From: Glycera tridactyla
Lineage: Eukaryota
NCBI GenBank assembly: GCA_965644265.1
Contig: OZ286460.1
Coordinates: 16,120,001-16,184,000 of the forward strand
DNA length: 64,000 nucleotides
Direction of reading: 5' to 3'
Part shown: positions 61,601-64,000 of the stretch, piece after piece
Position numbering within the stretch: position 1 is the first letter of the stretch
How the letters are laid out: every line of letters begins with the position of its first letter
Translations under genes and position numbers: made by a program
Notes under the pieces: model-generated
The model's database searches: none
The model's input: only the letters and a program-made list of their open reading frames with translations
What the model was told of the DNA's origin: nothing

Positions 61601-64000
61601 AACATTAGCAAACTTCAAATTTTGAAAATGTTCACCATGAGAATGAGCAGGTCATTATGAATTATGATTTTGTATAGAATTTATGGCTGTTCTGTATGTG
61701 AGCCTTCATTTCTTTCACAGTCTACTTCCTGTGATGAATTATGGTATTATAGGGGTTGAATAGATGTGACTGAATGCCTTCATCAGGTATAATGAAATGA
61801 ATTATAACTTTATATGAATACATTTTCCCTGGTAATCCAGCTAATAATCATGACCCCAAGTTGCCATATCTGATGGTTTTAACCGCTCCTCTCTTCACTC
61901 AATCTTCCAACCTTCCTTATATCCATCTGTCCATCCATCCAAACACAAACACACACACACACCTAGCTCTGTCCATCCATCAGTCTGTCCGTCTGTCCTT
62001 CCATCCGTCTGTCTGTCCTTCCTTCTAATAGAATTTCTCTATGCAGAATGGGTGACTCAGCCTGGACAATTCCGGTCTGATCATTCTCTTGGTACGGGAG
62101 ATAATTCCACATTGGAAACATGACACAATGGTCAAATTGTATGTTCTTTTGAATGCCTTCTCAGTATTGTTGCCTAAATCATGGCTTCTGCAACAGCCTA
62201 TATTCTTTAAGAAGGAACAATGATGTTTATCTGTTATAACATTGAATACTCCCGCATCCGCTTGCACATTTCAATCTTCTGTCCCCAGATCTAGTGTTCT
62301 CAAAAAGGCAATAAATTGTGAGCACATGGCTCCCTCCCACCGTTTGATTAGATTGTGTTGCCATGATATGAATAGGTGCATGGGAAGAAAGGAAACTGTG
62401 TGTGATGTGTGGGTGTTGTGTGTGTTCTGTATTGGTATTCAGAGGACTCCTGATGAGAATCTCCCAGTGTGATGTCTAAACTTATTCATCAAAAGTCATG
62501 TACAGTCATACAGTCCTGTCAAACCCATGCAGTAAGCTGACTTTTGTAGCTGACTTTCGATGCGATCAAAAGTGGTTTTTATATACATATTTAACTGTAT
62601 GTACAACTAATTCCTGAGTTTTCTGAAAAATCATCCAATTCTCCGTTGTGATTTTGAACCTGCAGGGCTGTTATAATTATAGGTAATATAATGGGGTAAT
62701 CAGTTTCATGAAACATGTAGTTGTTAATGGTATACATCTTTTCATATTTGTGTCAACCGACAGAGTGGCCCATTTGAGGAATACATCAACATTGTACAGC
62801 CCCTACTTTGTCAAGTTGAAGTGGTGTTCCTCCGCATGTATAGCAATGGTCTGATTCACTCCTTAGAACAGGCACAAAGAGGCATTGTTTGTTACTGGTT
62901 GACTCTCTTCATTTTTCTCAATGTTAAAGTAAAGATAAACCATGCTCTTGATAGTATTAGTGGAAATAAAGACAATGGGCTAGAACATTTTATATTAAGG
63001 ATTTGATTATTTGGTAAGACATATCTTACAAAGAGGATGGAGATCTATAGTCACCCTTGTGAGATACCAAAAAGAGGTATGCCTTGTGGTACAGAATTTG
63101 TCTCTCCCATTAGCATGACTTCACGATTCAATACAGTCAAACCTGTTTTATGTATGAGAGATTGATGAGTTGATTAAATGGTATCCTCCAAGTATGTTCA
63201 TTGTGAGTACAGGTCCAGCCAGACCACCAGACATGACTAGCCATTCTTGGCAATGTTTATCAAATGGTCATCACTGGTTTCACTGTATTTTGGACTCTCC
63301 TAGAGGCGGCGAGCATGGGTGATGGTGTACTCAAAGAAGAAAAAATATAATTGATTGATTACTGGAATAATGCCATAGTGTTCTCCAAAACTGACCAACC
63401 AACAGTCTGGCATACTTTCAGCCAACACCACTTGCCTGCCTCTGGCTTACATATTGCCATATTAACCAAATAGTGTAGAATTTTTCAGGGAGATTTGGAT
63501 TCAATGTCAAGTCTTCCTTTATCCTCTTCTTTGGTACAAAGTCTGCATTATTGCCTTCATTTGTAGGAGAAATATATGTTTGCTCAGTTATGTACATGAG
63601 CTGTATGTACTGTCAAACCTGTCTACAGATACCACCTTTGGTCACATCAGGAAATGGACTGCTGTAATCAGGTTGCCTTTGTGTAGAGGTGGTTTTTGAG
63701 CAGTTTGGCTATACACATAAACACAACCACCCCACAGTTGATTATGTTCTTGATGTTGATGTTCTCCATCTTTGTGTGGAAGGAATGTGAACAATAAGTG
63801 ATGCGAGACGGGTGTGAGTACAAGTGTTTGGATGGCAGCCATGGCAACCTGTTACAATGCAGTGCAAGGAGTCAGTTGATCGGTGGTCTGACCCCCTCCC
63901 CCCCCCCATGCTGAATGCCCTTTGGGCAAAACTCCTTTTAATGAACATGTTCTCCTGGCCCATCATTACTTCTCATCTGGACTGGTCTGCCACACAATAA

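Overview
Animal genomic DNA from a draft assembly: AT-rich, strongly CpG-depleted, with seven N-gaps. An invertebrate source is inferred from the repeat content; the species cannot be identified. Most of the window looks intronic or intergenic and is dense in repeats. The solid features are three + strand non-LTR retrotransposons. (i) An intact APE-RT ORF (26580-29714) carrying a 2A-like GDIELNPGP motif ahead of the endonuclease and no usable AUG before it. (ii) A two-ORF CR1/L2-group LINE (ORF1 43937-45352, ORF2 46783-49734) whose 1.43 kb inter-ORF spacer holds a CpG-rich, duplicated CCAAT-box promoter-like module. (iii) A decayed, 5'-truncated L2 (about 54018-55920). More than 20 copies of roughly 155-180 bp TA-flanked CAGT..ACTG MITEs (three internal-motif subfamilies), several CAGGGCT-ended hAT-like MITEs, many tetranucleotide microsatellites and a GC-rich GNA-capped hairpin element are scattered throughout. 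Host-gene evidence is limited to candidate exons inferred from splice signals: a possibly PTB-like set at 4.2-10.2 kb and a His/Pro-rich exon at 38.9-39.2 kb. There is also a CpG-rich promoter-like island at 15.4-16.0 kb. No rRNA, tRNA or CRISPR array could be supported. Nearly all short ORFs in the supplied track are noise from repeats, antisense frames or N-gaps.
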